DNA of 64,000 nucleotides from the IMG/VR virus record IMGVR_UViG_3300031949_000012, positions 1-64,000 of that record; one strand, given 5' to 3'. The stretch's first letter is position 1. Each line of letters begins with the position of its first letter. The translations under genes and the position numbers were made by a program. Below are positions 54,448 to 64,000 of the stretch, piece by piece. Under the pieces are notes generated by a model that did not search any database, was not told the origin of the DNA, and saw only the letters and a program-made list of their open reading frames with translations. Source of the stretch: a virus.

Positions 54448-56705
54448 TGATAAACATTGAAATCGAAACAATTGATGGTACACCCTATAATCTCAAACTA
54501 GAGGAGCTAACTGCTCTCTCCTGGTCATCGCACTATGGCGCCGAGGGCGGCGGCTTCGGCTACTGCCGCCTGACCCTGGCTCGTCAAATTGGGCGCAACT
54601 ACCCCGACATCGGCTACAACTATCGCCTCAAAATCAGGAAGTACCTGGCGACTATTCTCTTTGATGGGCAGATGCGTCAGATCGAAGAAGTTTCATCGGC
54701 TCAGGGAGATACCATCACCATCACTGCATTGGGATGGGTAAATGTAGCCGAGGACGAGGAGATTTTCAAGATATATTGTGACGGGCGTTTGAGCAAATGG
54801 CATCCTCATTCTGAAACGCCTACTGTCTTATTCAGGCCAGATTTATTTGCTACCGGAATCAATAAAGTTGGTTTTTATATTAACCCAGGCACCAGTGAAA
54901 TTCTGACCAATGGATATACGGATGTAGTTTATACCTTTGAACCTGACGAAGAAATTGCTAGACGTTTCAAGGGAAAAATTTCTTCATCATTGGGATTTGG
55001 GGTTTTAAGCGATGGCGATATAGCTGCAATTGTCAATGGCACAACCATTGATGCAGCTATGGATGTCACTCTGGCTTTTACATTCACCAATAGAATTTTA
55101 TGGAATTTAACCAAGAACGAAAGCCGGATTATTCTAAGTGTTTCCGCTCCGGGCGTCGGTTCACATCGTTTTGGATTAGATGCTGATATTTCCTCTTGGC
55201 TTATTGGGGATGATTTAGGTGTATTTGGTCCATTTTGGCAAGCTCAAATACAAAATATCGTTAATGATATTATTACCTTTTTTAATGTTGTTGGTTCGAT
55301 TGCTTCGCCGGGTAATTATCCAATATATAACCTGACAAAAAAATCAGTTGCAACTGTTTTGGTAAATAATGGCAGCTCGGTCCAAATGAGCGATGTAGCC
55401 GACATTTCGGATTGGCAAATAGATGATTTTATTTATATCGGCTCCCATTTATTTTATGCCTTTGTTGTAAGCGCAAATTCTGGCACCGGAGAATGTGTTT
55501 TTGCCAGTGGCGTCGGAGAAAGAATTGTTTCATCCTCAATAGATTGGGTCGTTTATAATCAAGACAAAAATCTGGTCGCAACAATTGCGAGTTGGGATAT
55601 ACCTAACAGCAAATTCTTCGTTACTGTCCCAGCCGATTTAACTGGTTGGGCTAACCTTGATTTTATTGTTATTACTTCCCCTTATGCCATAAGGGTACTG
55701 GACAGCAATGATATTCCCTTATGGCCTACAGATTGGCGATTTGGAACTGTTCGACAATACAAAACAGATTTATCCCTATTAACTAGTGGGACGCCTAATG
55801 GCTTAAAAATTACCTACACCTCCTATATAGCCGGTACTGGCAATGATAGTTTTTTTGTTATATTTGAAAATCTTTCCGCTTGCTCGACAATCGAAAACCC
55901 AACCCCTGACTTTCTTGGCCGAGAAGTAGTAACAACTCTTTCGTTACCGGGTCACAATCTTAACAGTAACACTTCGGCAATTGAGGATTTGTCGGCTCGC
56001 GTTTATGAGCCTATGGTTTTTGAGTTCAAAACCCTAAAAGACGCCTTAACTGAAGTCTGCGAATCGGGCGACGAAAATCTGGACCCAATAGCCTGGGGTG
56101 TTAAGTTGGACGATACCAAAACCTTCTATATGGAACGCCAAGACAGAACGACCGTCTCATACATCATCAGAAGAACTGGCGGGGCATCTATCAGTTCGGC
56201 CGGCGACTTTCAAGAAACGGTGCAAAAAGTTAGGGGCGTATGGACTGACATATTAGGAAATCAGAAATTTACTACCTGGTACACATATATTCCTACCTTT
56301 ACGGTAGACCCTGACCAACCATATCGGGCCAGATATGTCAAATTAGATAATATCTTAACGATGACCGACGCCAATAATTGGGTGCAGGTATATCTTGAGG
56401 ACAACCAAAAACCGGCACCAAAAACGGGTTATCAACTTCAGGGCGGGGCAATTTTTACGCCTTATGGCGTCCCTATTCCATTTGACCAGGTTAAAGCCAC
56501 CGGTCGGATGTTGGAAATAGAGGACTGGCGCAACATCGAATCGTCCAGTCTTGGTCAGGCTCTATCAAATTCTTGGGCCAAAGAACAAATCATAGCCGTC
56601 GAGGTGGATTACTTTAGTCAGTCTATCACCCTTACCCCAGGCGGAGCCAAGAAAACATTCGATAAGTATATGGCCGAATTAGCGCGATTGGCGAGTGTAT
56701 CATAA
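54447..56705 (+). CDS. tail tip hub/Tal-like protein with inserted repeats
   Basis: N-terminal GG+G......F.G...I.A.G hub pattern; synteny. Confidence 0.65.
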   Translation: MINIEIETIDGTPYNLKLEELTALSWSSHYGAEGGGFGYCRLTLARQIGRNYPDIGYNYRLKIRKYLATILFDGQMRQIEEVSSAQGDTITITALGWVNVAEDEEIFKIYCDGRLSKWHPHSETPTVLFRPDLFATGINKVGFYINPGTSEILTNGYTDVVYTFEPDEEIARRFKGKISSSLGFGVLSDGDIAAIVNGTTIDAAMDVTLAFTFTNRILWNLTKNESRIILSVSAPGVGSHRFGLDADISSWLIGDDLGVFGPFWQAQIQNIVNDIITFFNVVGSIASPGNYPIYNLTKKSVATVLVNNGSSVQMSDVADISDWQIDDFIYIGSHLFYAFVVSANSGTGECVFASGVGERIVSSSIDWVVYNQDKNLVATIASWDIPNSKFFVTVPADLTGWANLDFIVITSPYAIRVLDSNDIPLWPTDWRFGTVRQYKTDLSLLTSGTPNGLKITYTSYIAGTGNDSFFVIFENLSACSTIENPTPDFLGREVVTTLSLPGHNLNSNTSAIEDLSARVYEPMVFEFKTLKDALTEVCESGDENLDPIAWGVKLDDTKTFYMERQDRTTVSYIIRRTGGASISSAGDFQETVQKVRGVWTDILGNQKFTTWYTYIPTFTVDPDQPYRARYVKLDNILTMTDANNWVQVYLEDNQKPAPKTGYQLQGGAIFTPYGVPIPFDQVKATGRMLEIEDWRNIESSSLGQALSNSWAKEQIIAVEVDYFSQSITLTPGGAKKTFDKYMAELARLASVS

Positions 56706-59700
56706 TGACCATCAACACAATTGCAGAAGCGGATCGAGAGATGAAACGCCTGGGCCTTAAACTGGGCGATTTATTCACTGAGACACGTTTGCTACGTGAG
56801 CGAACAAATTACATTGTTGGCGGCGCAGCAGCCGGTGCATTGCAATACGGTGGCAGTATTTTGACATCTCACAATATTATTGGCAATAAACACTTTGGCA
56901 CCGGCGCAAACTTCGACCTGGTTGGCTTTACCGCATCCAATATCTTAGGTATTATCACCCCTTCGGCGGATCCGCTCACTACCTCAAAGGTACTCAAAAC
57001 CGATGCCACTGGCCTCCTGATCCTTGACGAGCTCAAGATTACTGATGTTCTCTATGGCCCACAGAATAAAGTCTACTCCTTTATGGACTTTGACCAGGGT
57101 GGGGCGATAGCAATTTCCAGTATCGCCAATATTCTGCTTACCCTGAACGCCGATGCAACCGGTATTGGCACGCTGTTCAAGATTGATCATATCACCGGCG
57201 GCGGCCCGGTGGATTTGCTGACTATTTCCAGCACCGTCAATATCTTGCACGTCGAGTCGCGTCTTTACAATGCCAGCGATTTAATCCTTTACTCCGACGT
57301 TGGCATAACTGAGAGAGGCCGTTGGGATGGCGCAACCGGAAACATCACTATCAATGACCTGACGATGACCGCTTCTAAGTCGGCCAATTTGTTCCTGGGC
57401 AGCCCTTCCGGGGGGGCGGGGGTACCGGCTTTTCGGGCTATTGCTACCGGCGATTTGCCGGCTCACGTTTTGGCTACTACTGCCGGTTTAGGCGCGCAGC
57501 ATACGACCTCTGGGCTTGCCGCCGGTCAGGTACTACGGGCGACCGGAGCCACAACCGCCGCTTTCCAGGCTTTACAAGCCACGGACTTGGCCGTTCACGC
57601 TCTGGTTGGCGCACAGCACAGCGCTGCGGGGTTGACTATCGGTCACGTCGTTAGAGCGACTGGCGCGACGACTTTTGCCTGGCAGCAGCTTCAACATACC
57701 GACGTGGGGGGCGTGGGGGGCGACCAGCATCACGCCCAGGTACACGTGTTGGCGACCACAGCCGGCCTTGGCGCAGACCATACGACCTCCGGGCTCACGG
57801 TTGGCCAGGTGCTTAGAGCAAGCGGCGCAACTACGGCTGCTTTCGCTCAGTTACAGCATAGCGACCTGGGAGGAGTAACGGCGGATCAACATCACGCCCG
57901 TTCTCATACTATGTCAAGCTCGGCCGACCATACGGCAACGGCCTGGCGACTGTTCTATAGTAGCGACACCGGCGTTGTAACCGAATTTGCGCTGGGTGCA
58001 TCAGGTTTATTTCTTAAAACCAATGGCGCAGCCGCAGCACCAACTTGGGATACGCCTACAATCGCTACACACGTTTTGGCCACTACTGCCGGTTTGGGGG
58101 CGCAACATACTACATCCGGTCTGACTGCCGGGCAAGTTCTTCGGGCCACCAGTGCGACCACAGCCGCTTTTGCCTCCTTGGTTGCCGGCGACTTACCAGC
58201 TCACGCTCTGGTGGGGGCGCAGCACAACGCCTCTGGCCTGACCATTGGAAATGTTGTCCGGGCTACTGGGGCGACAACTTTTGCCTGGGCGCAATTGCAG
58301 CATACGGATTTGGGCGGAGTTGGGGCGGATCAACATCATGCTCAGAGCCATATATTGGCAAACACTTCTGGTCTTGGCGTAGACCATACAACTTCAGGAC
58401 TTACTGTCGGTCAAGTATTGAGAGCGACTGGGGCGACTACTGCCGCGTTCCAAGCGTTACAAGCGACTGACCTGGCCGTACATAGCATCACCGGCGCACA
58501 ACATACGGGTACCGGCGCAGCTTTTGACGTGATAGGCTTTACCGCAGTAAATGTCTTAGGCATTCTGACGCCTTCCAGTGCTCCAGCTGCAACCGAAGCA
58601 CTATTGAAAACTAATACCAGTGGGGGTTTAACCCTGGTCAACCTGGCTGCAACAGGCAAAGTTTTTGGCCCCAATTCATCCACGAATACCTACGTGGACT
58701 TTGATGACGACACAGTTTTGGCTGATTCTGTTACACTCGCCTCCCAGGCCAGCCTTTTCTTTATTATTGACTCGAACTCAAGTGGGATAGACGCTAAATT
58801 TTCTGTCCGCAACAACGGCGTTACGCCGGTGCTGGGCACAGAACTTTTTGCCATAGATGAAAGCGGCATCATTACTATGACCGCCCTGGCAACCATAGAT
58901 AGTATGGACCCCAGCGTTCACATTGCCGATGCTAACGCTCATCATACTCGCTCCCATGCGGTAGCTTCAGCCAGTGACCATACCGCTACCGCCTGGCGAC
59001 TATTCTATGCTGCTGCCGCTGGGGCAGTTACAGAACTGGCCCTGGGCTCATCCGGTCTGGCTTTGCTTTCAGGAGGTGCTTCATCGGCCCCAACCTGGGG
59101 AGCGCCTACGCCAGCCGCGCACTCGATTATCGGCGCACAGCATACCGGGGTTGGTGCAGCATTAGACGTAGTTGGTTTCACGGCTACTAATGTTCTTGGT
59201 GTACTCACCCCCTCATTCAATCCTGGCGCAGCTTCGGCTTTACTCAAAAGCAGCACTTCCGGGCAATTGATTTTAACCGCACTTGGTATTGGCGGCGCAC
59301 CGGAGGCAAATTCTCACATCCATGTGCAATCAACCGGGGCGGTTAAGTTAATCCTTGACGCAGATACCGACAATGTAACCGAAACGGATCATCCCTCACT
59401 TGAGTTCCGGCAAGACGGGGGAGCCGTGGTGGGACAACTTGGTTATTTCAGTGGTGGTAATGACCTGACGGTTAAATCGAATTATACCACCGGAGATTTG
59501 GATTTAATCAGCAACCGGGATGTATATGTGCTGATTGATGCCAACAATGATGGCACAACCGGCAAATTTGCGATTGGAAAAGACGCCTCCTCGCCGGGTG
59601 CGGCTACAGAACTTTTCGCTTTAGCTGAAAATGGAAAAACAACCTTTTTGGCTCCTGAAGTAGCGCATGGCATGACCGATCATGCGGCTACTAATGTTTA

Positions 59701-60328
59701 TGCTCTATTGGAGAAAGATCAGGGAGGTGCGGTCGGCGGATTTAGCATTGTAGGGTTTACCGAATCTACGATTGGCCTGTCCCTATCTGGGTTTGCAATA
59801 GTCGAAGATATAACTGAAACAACATCCTCCACAGGCGCAATCACCGCAATCGGTCGGCTGAAATCCGGGGCGGGGGCCGGGGCGATGACCGCCGGAGCCA
59901 ATGTATTTGCAATAAAAAACTATAACACTGCTCTACTTTTACTTAAGGGAAATGGAAATTTAATTGTTGGGCCAGGCGGCGGCAATATCGGTGTAAACAT
60001 CGATCCGCTAGCTCGTCTGCATACTTACAATGCTATTGGCGGCACGCTTCATAACTGGGTATATGATGGCCTTAGCGGAACAACCCAAACCATTATTCCA
60101 GATGGCACTGGCGATGTGCTCTATGGCTGTCGTATCAATGTCGTTTTGCGAGATTCGGCCGGCAATTTCACGAGCGGCGTTCTAAGTATTGCCAATGGTG
60201 CAACTGTAAATATCACCGTTGGCGCAAATACCGTCGCCTTTGGCGTTTTGGCAAATGGGTCTTTAATCGTAGACCGCTCCATCGGTACAGATACAATAAA
60301 AATAAATCTTGAGGCTATCTGGTTATAG
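56705..60328 (+). CDS. tail fibre with Ala/Thr/Gly/His-rich repeats
   Basis: repeated TTSGL..GQVLRATGATTAAF and DQHHA..H; G.+G+G...P...LH+ motifs. Confidence 0.8.
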   Translation: MTINTIAEADREMKRLGLKLGDLFTETRLLRERTNYIVGGAAAGALQYGGSILTSHNIIGNKHFGTGANFDLVGFTASNILGIITPSADPLTTSKVLKTDATGLLILDELKITDVLYGPQNKVYSFMDFDQGGAIAISSIANILLTLNADATGIGTLFKIDHITGGGPVDLLTISSTVNILHVESRLYNASDLILYSDVGITERGRWDGATGNITINDLTMTASKSANLFLGSPSGGAGVPAFRAIATGDLPAHVLATTAGLGAQHTTSGLAAGQVLRATGATTAAFQALQATDLAVHALVGAQHSAAGLTIGHVVRATGATTFAWQQLQHTDVGGVGGDQHHAQVHVLATTAGLGADHTTSGLTVGQVLRASGATTAAFAQLQHSDLGGVTADQHHARSHTMSSSADHTATAWRLFYSSDTGVVTEFALGASGLFLKTNGAAAAPTWDTPTIATHVLATTAGLGAQHTTSGLTAGQVLRATSATTAAFASLVAGDLPAHALVGAQHNASGLTIGNVVRATGATTFAWAQLQHTDLGGVGADQHHAQSHILANTSGLGVDHTTSGLTVGQVLRATGATTAAFQALQATDLAVHSITGAQHTGTGAAFDVIGFTAVNVLGILTPSSAPAATEALLKTNTSGGLTLVNLAATGKVFGPNSSTNTYVDFDDDTVLADSVTLASQASLFFIIDSNSSGIDAKFSVRNNGVTPVLGTELFAIDESGIITMTALATIDSMDPSVHIADANAHHTRSHAVASASDHTATAWRLFYAAAAGAVTELALGSSGLALLSGGASSAPTWGAPTPAAHSIIGAQHTGVGAALDVVGFTATNVLGVLTPSFNPGAASALLKSSTSGQLILTALGIGGAPEANSHIHVQSTGAVKLILDADTDNVTETDHPSLEFRQDGGAVVGQLGYFSGGNDLTVKSNYTTGDLDLISNRDVYVLIDANNDGTTGKFAIGKDASSPGAATELFALAENGKTTFLAPEVAHGMTDHAATNVYALLEKDQGGAVGGFSIVGFTESTIGLSLSGFAIVEDITETTSSTGAITAIGRLKSGAGAGAMTAGANVFAIKNYNTALLLLKGNGNLIVGPGGGNIGVNIDPLARLHTYNAIGGTLHNWVYDGLSGTTQTIIPDGTGDVLYGCRINVVLRDSAGNFTSGVLSIANGATVNITVGANTVAFGVLANGSLIVDRSIGTDTIKINLEAIWL

Positions 60329-60340
60329 AAAGGAAACTTT

Positions 60341-60589
60341 ATGCTTACTCACGAAGAAATCGAGGAAACCGTTACCGAACTGAAAACGGCTAAAGAACAA
60401 TTGATGGCGCAGCTAAACTTTGTCGAAGGACAGCTTAGGGCTTACCAGTTGGTTCTTAGCGGTAAGCCGAAACCGGTTGAGGCTTCGACCCTTCCACAAG
60501 GTCAGGGCTCAGCCGATCCGGTCGAAGCCAACGGGCAAACGCCGGCCAAGAAATCCAAAGAGGCGGTTCCGGCCGACCAAATTAGATAA
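60341..60589 (+). CDS. small coiled-coil protein (fibre chaperone-like)
   Basis: ORF after fibre, AAGGA SD. Confidence 0.6.
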   Translation: MLTHEEIEETVTELKTAKEQLMAQLNFVEGQLRAYQLVLSGKPKPVEASTLPQGQGSADPVEANGQTPAKKSKEAVPADQIR

Positions 60590-60601
60590 GGAGAATAGAT
60601 T

Positions 60602-61207
60602 ATGGCAACAATTACTTTTGAAGGTTATATGGGCACTACGCCCGATTGGGCCGATTTGGCCGCTAACACGCTGGTCCTTAGTGGCTCGCTGACCGACCCG
60701 ACAGCAGCGATTAACACCGCTGCCTGGCAAGACGGCACCCACGCAGGTAGTGGAGACCCAGGGACGGATCAGTGTGGTACGAACCACATGCGTAACGTTA
60801 AGTACCTGACCGGCTCTACGATGTCGGTCAATGGTGGTGGTTCGGAGGCTATTAACGACACCAATCTGCTTACAACCGAATGTACACTGCGGGTTCATTT
60901 CAACCATACCAGTGCAGTGGCGGTCACTAATGCCCGCTTTTACTGCTACGACCAATCTGTGGGCGTCACTACAGAGTCGCCAGAGGTGGACTGTTTCGCC
61001 TTTGAACGTGGCGTTGCAGCCACCGCCTGGACCGAGATCAACAACGATAGTGGAAGTATCGGCGGCGACAACTCCGGCGAGCGGCTGGCGCTGGCGAACA
61101 GCGCTTCGGCCACCGACCATTACTGGTATCTGGCCCTGTCTATCTCGCCAGAAACGGTGGGTGGTAAACCGAATTTGGCCTTTGGCGTCAACTTAACCTA
61201 TAGTTAA
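60602..61207 (+). CDS. putative virion structural protein
   Basis: strong SD, Thr/Ala/Gly-rich beta protein. Confidence 0.65.
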   Translation: MATITFEGYMGTTPDWADLAANTLVLSGSLTDPTAAINTAAWQDGTHAGSGDPGTDQCGTNHMRNVKYLTGSTMSVNGGGSEAINDTNLLTTECTLRVHFNHTSAVAVTNARFYCYDQSVGVTTESPEVDCFAFERGVAATAWTEINNDSGSIGGDNSGERLALANSASATDHYWYLALSISPETVGGKPNLAFGVNLTYS

Positions 61208-61234
61208 TTAGCGCAAACGAAAGGACCTAGCGTT

Positions 61235-61636
61235 ATGGCTACTGGTCAAGAGGGCCCGGTGCATAGGGGGTGGATTGCCTCACTTAGTACCGGCGAAACA
61301 GTTCTGGAAACGCCTGATGTGCCGGGCGAGAAATCGGCCTGGCAAAAACTATGCGCCTGGTGTTACGAAAATAAGGTTCATCTAACCCAACTGAGATTAC
61401 AGTTGGGAACGGTGAACCTTATTGGCCTGTCCCAAAAACAAGCTCAGGGCTATTGCCAGCTCTGGTCTGTACAAAGAAACCTGATAACCGGTCAACAGTT
61501 GTTATCCAGAGGACTGGGTTCGGTGGTGGGCGACCAGGTTTACATTATTTGGGTGGCTCAAGATGGCCAAACCTCACTTGAGATTGTGCCCCTTCCTGAT
61601 ATGCGTATGCACTGCATACTGAGAGGGGGCGAGTAA
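61235..61636 (+). CDS. hypothetical phage protein
   Basis: W.A.LS.GE...W..L..+C pattern. Confidence 0.7.
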   Translation: MATGQEGPVHRGWIASLSTGETVLETPDVPGEKSAWQKLCAWCYENKVHLTQLRLQLGTVNLIGLSQKQAQGYCQLWSVQRNLITGQQLLSRGLGSVVGDQVYIIWVAQDGQTSLEIVPLPDMRMHCILRGGE

Positions 61637-62241
61637 TGGCTGTTCGCTTCTACCTTATGCCCACTATTGACGATGGCTTTGGCCGGTTAAGCCCAAAGTA
61701 CATTAGCACCCTCTATAATCCAGCCGGCGGCGATGTATTGAAAGTTCGGGCCGGTCTAATGCGCTATGGTTTCAACGAGGAAGTCTATCTGGCTGCTGCT
61801 GATGTAACTACACCGCAGCACAACGCTCTTGTCGCGCACGCTGATGTGACAACCGTTCCGGCGAACATTGATGGCAACATCAGCGCCGGCGCACTTCAAG
61901 CGGTCAAAGATGCGCTTGAAGTATTACGTATACCTGGGAACTGGGTAACAACCGGCCATACTTACCGCCAGGTACTTAGAACCGTGGCCGGACTGTTTCA
62001 ATTCTCCAAGCGCCATTTTGCTCTACATAACAAAATCCTCATTCCCACAGCCAATAATATGGATCATGTTTGGTCTGATTTGCCACTCGCGGTGCGCCAA
62101 GAATTGCAGGCCACAGCCGATGCGTTGGGTTATGATTACTCCGGCGTGACCGGTAGCACCCCCTTGCGAACCATTCTTAAAAGTCTTGCCGACCAATGGG
62201 GAAGCCAGCCATTTGATATGGGAGGAGTGACAACCCTCTAA
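61636..62241 (+). CDS. hypothetical virion-associated protein
   Basis: ORF, coupled. Confidence 0.7.
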   Translation: MAVRFYLMPTIDDGFGRLSPKYISTLYNPAGGDVLKVRAGLMRYGFNEEVYLAAADVTTPQHNALVAHADVTTVPANIDGNISAGALQAVKDALEVLRIPGNWVTTGHTYRQVLRTVAGLFQFSKRHFALHNKILIPTANNMDHVWSDLPLAVRQELQATADALGYDYSGVTGSTPLRTILKSLADQWGSQPFDMGGVTTL

Positions 62242-64000
62242 TGGCCTTACCTGCGAGTGAGAGTTTTGCCAATACCAATGGCGTCCAATTAGAGACGCAC
62301 AGCGCCAACTGGACGCGGCATAATGCCAGTTCTTTGATTGGCGATTTTGACATCCAGACAAATTCCCTGGCGCCTGATACAGTCAACACAACCGGCGCAG
62401 CTTGGTGGAACGCCGATTCCTTTGGTGCTAACCACTATGCCGAAGCAACAATTGTTGCTATTGCCAGCGGCATCTACATTGGCTTGTCAGTGCGAAATGC
62501 AGCCGGGACAAATAGTTATGTCTACAGTGTAGATAGCGCCGACGGCGGGTATTTCGACGAGTGGGTAAATGGCACTTACAGTGCCCTGGCTTCCGGTGGC
62601 TCGGTTGTAGCCGTTGGTAATGTTATTCGGATGGAAGCTGAAGGAACAACCATCCGGCTAAAAATCAATGGTACACAGAATATGTCGGTCACTGACACAA
62701 GTCTGGCGACCGGCGCGCCGGGGGTTGGGGGCTATCATGATGGGACTACCAGTCGTATTGACGATTGGATAGGCGACAATATGGGTACGGCTGTCATCGA
62801 CAGCCAGCCGGCGTACCTTAAAGGGCAAGCAGAGATCACCGATACGCAGCCAGGGTACGCCCAGGGTCAAGCTGCTACCACTGATAGCCAATCTGGATAT
62901 TTGGTCGGCCAGGCGGTAGCAACGGATGCTCAACCTGGATATTTGGTCGGCCAGGCGACTATCACCGGTAGCCAACAAGCCTATCTCAATGGCTCAAGCG
63001 GCGATACACCGGCTTCAGCCAGCCTACCGGGTTACCTGGTGGGACAGGCGGAGATTACCGATAGCCAACCGGGGTATACCCAAGGTCAGGCCGAGGCGAC
63101 CGGGAGCCAATCGGGATACTTGCTGGGTGGCATCCCATCCACCGGAAACTTCCCGGCTTATATGGTGGGACAGGCAACAGCGACCGATAGCCAACCGGGG
63201 TACTTGACCGGCCAGGTTATAATTCTCGATAGCCAACCTGGGTATTTGGTAGGACAAACTGTTCTCACCGCCTCGCAGCCGGCATATACCAGAGGTGGAT
63301 TAGCGACCACACCAAAACTCTTGAGCGTCAACCCGGCTAACGGTCGCTATTTCATTGATAGCGATGGCGCCACTATCTTGATGGCCGGCTCTCATTTCTG
63401 GAATAACCATCAAGACAACTCACCCGGTACATTCCCGCCAGACGTTTTTGACTACACCGCCTGGTTACAGTTTCTCTATGACTACAGCCATAACTTCCAG
63501 CGCTATTGGGTCTGGGAGCAGGCGCGCTGGTCGGTTTTTAATACCGAAACCGACTGGTGGTTTTATCCCGAAGGGCCTTTTGCGCGTACTGGACCCGGTA
63601 ATGCCCTGGATGGACATTTGAAATTTGACCTGGATACCTGGGACCAGGACTGGTTTGACCGCATGCGGGTCAGGGTCATCCAGGCGGCCGATTATGGCGT
63701 CTACTGCGCCGTAATGATGTTTGAGGGGTGGTCGCCCTATTTTCCCAAGGGTGGCATCAGCGCCCAGAACTCTTGGGAAGGTTGTCCGTTTCATCCAAGT
63801 AACAACATCAACTCCATTGATGGCGATACGGATAACGATAATAGCGGCGAGGAGACGCATACTCTTTCCATCTCAGCCGTTACCGCCTATCAGGAAGCCT
63901 ACGTTGAAAAGGTCATTGATACACTCAATGACTTGAACAACGTGCTCTGGGAAATCTCCAATGAGAGTGATGGCAATGCCGCTACCACTGCCTGGCAAGA
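62241..64000 (+). CDS. large modular protein (lectin-like beta-sandwich, 12 x 14-aa repeats, TIM-barrel glycoside hydrolase-like DUF6298/clan-A domain); runs off right edge
   Basis: hand translation from ATG 62241 open to end; NGRYF.D..G...+.GSH.W, RTGPG.A.DG..KFDL, NVLWEISNE; absent from ORF track. Confidence 0.8.
   Translation, partial: MALPASESFANTNGVQLETHSANWTRHNASSLIGDFDIQTNSLAPDTVNTTGAAWWNADSFGANHYAEATIVAIASGIYIGLSVRNAAGTNSYVYSVDSADGGYFDEWVNGTYSALASGGSVVAVGNVIRMEAEGTTIRLKINGTQNMSVTDTSLATGAPGVGGYHDGTTSRIDDWIGDNMGTAVIDSQPAYLKGQAEITDTQPGYAQGQAATTDSQSGYLVGQAVATDAQPGYLVGQATITGSQQAYLNGSSGDTPASASLPGYLVGQAEITDSQPGYTQGQAEATGSQSGYLLGGIPSTGNFPAYMVGQATATDSQPGYLTGQVIILDSQPGYLVGQTVLTASQPAYTRGGLATTPKLLSVNPANGRYFIDSDGATILMAGSHFWNNHQDNSPGTFPPDVFDYTAWLQFLYDYSHNFQRYWVWEQARWSVFNTETDWWFYPEGPFARTGPGNALDGHLKFDLDTWDQDWFDRMRVRVIQAADYGVYCAVMMFEGWSPYFPKGGISAQNSWEGCPFHPSNNINSIDGDTDNDNSGEETHTLSISAVTAYQEAYVEKVIDTLNDLNNVLWEISNESDGNAATTAWQ
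62796..63299 (+). repeat. 42-bp coding tandem repeat (TDSQPGYLVGQA.. x12)
   Basis: direct translation. Confidence 0.85.

Noticed and set aside
60481-60515. Degenerate nested copy of the 13-mer motif (GCTTCGAC-CCTTCCACAAGGTCAGG-GCTCAGCC)
   Set aside because: Two mismatches in the inner copy and an interrupted outer copy; too degenerate to count
62796-63299. DGR template/variable repeat or CRISPR array
   Set aside because: Repeats are in-frame coding units with variation at all bases; no reverse transcriptase and no unique spacers
1-64000. Integrase, att sites, host genes or a firm host assignment
   Set aside because: None recognisable in the window; lifestyle and host remain undetermined

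Overview
This window is 64 kb of a large tailed dsDNA phage genome with siphovirus-like organisation. No integrase, sheath, DNA polymerase, helicase or endolysin is visible, and the host cannot be determined from the sequence. Layout: (1) 1-11.1 kb is a leftward operon of about 28 short, SD-led, mostly hypothetical genes containing a DnaA-box cluster (8.79-8.97 kb) and long sense-strand hairpins. (2) 11.1-12.1 kb is a non-coding divergent control region. (3) 12.9-23.8 kb holds leftward middle genes: a membrane-HTH protein with an in-gene DNA repeat array, a HAD phosphatase, class II RNR, a membrane FtsK/TraB-like ATPase with membrane neighbours, a TerL-like mini-protein, a LexA-like wHTH and a VRR-NUC nuclease. 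(4) From divergent TTGACA-17 promoters at 23.8 kb, the rightward morphogenesis genes are TerS, TerL, a portal fused to a TM helix and HEXXH peptidase, a seven-enzyme glycosyl/methyl/acetyl-transferase island, protease/scaffold, decoration protein, MCP, an intact membrane-anchored response-regulator receiver, neck genes, tail tube, -1 frameshifted chaperone, 2765-aa TMP, Dit, hub, fibre and a truncated lectin-repeat-glycoside hydrolase protein. The most notable unexplained signals are a possible TraB/Spd-like DNA-spreading module with candidate cis sites, the DnaA-box cluster, a dispersed TGAGYNNRTCGAA motif that forms entire 5' leaders, a shared GATAAT-N2-ATTATC operator, the portal-peptidase fusion, the receiver-TM gene and the glycan island. 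All family calls come from motif recognition by eye; no searches were run.
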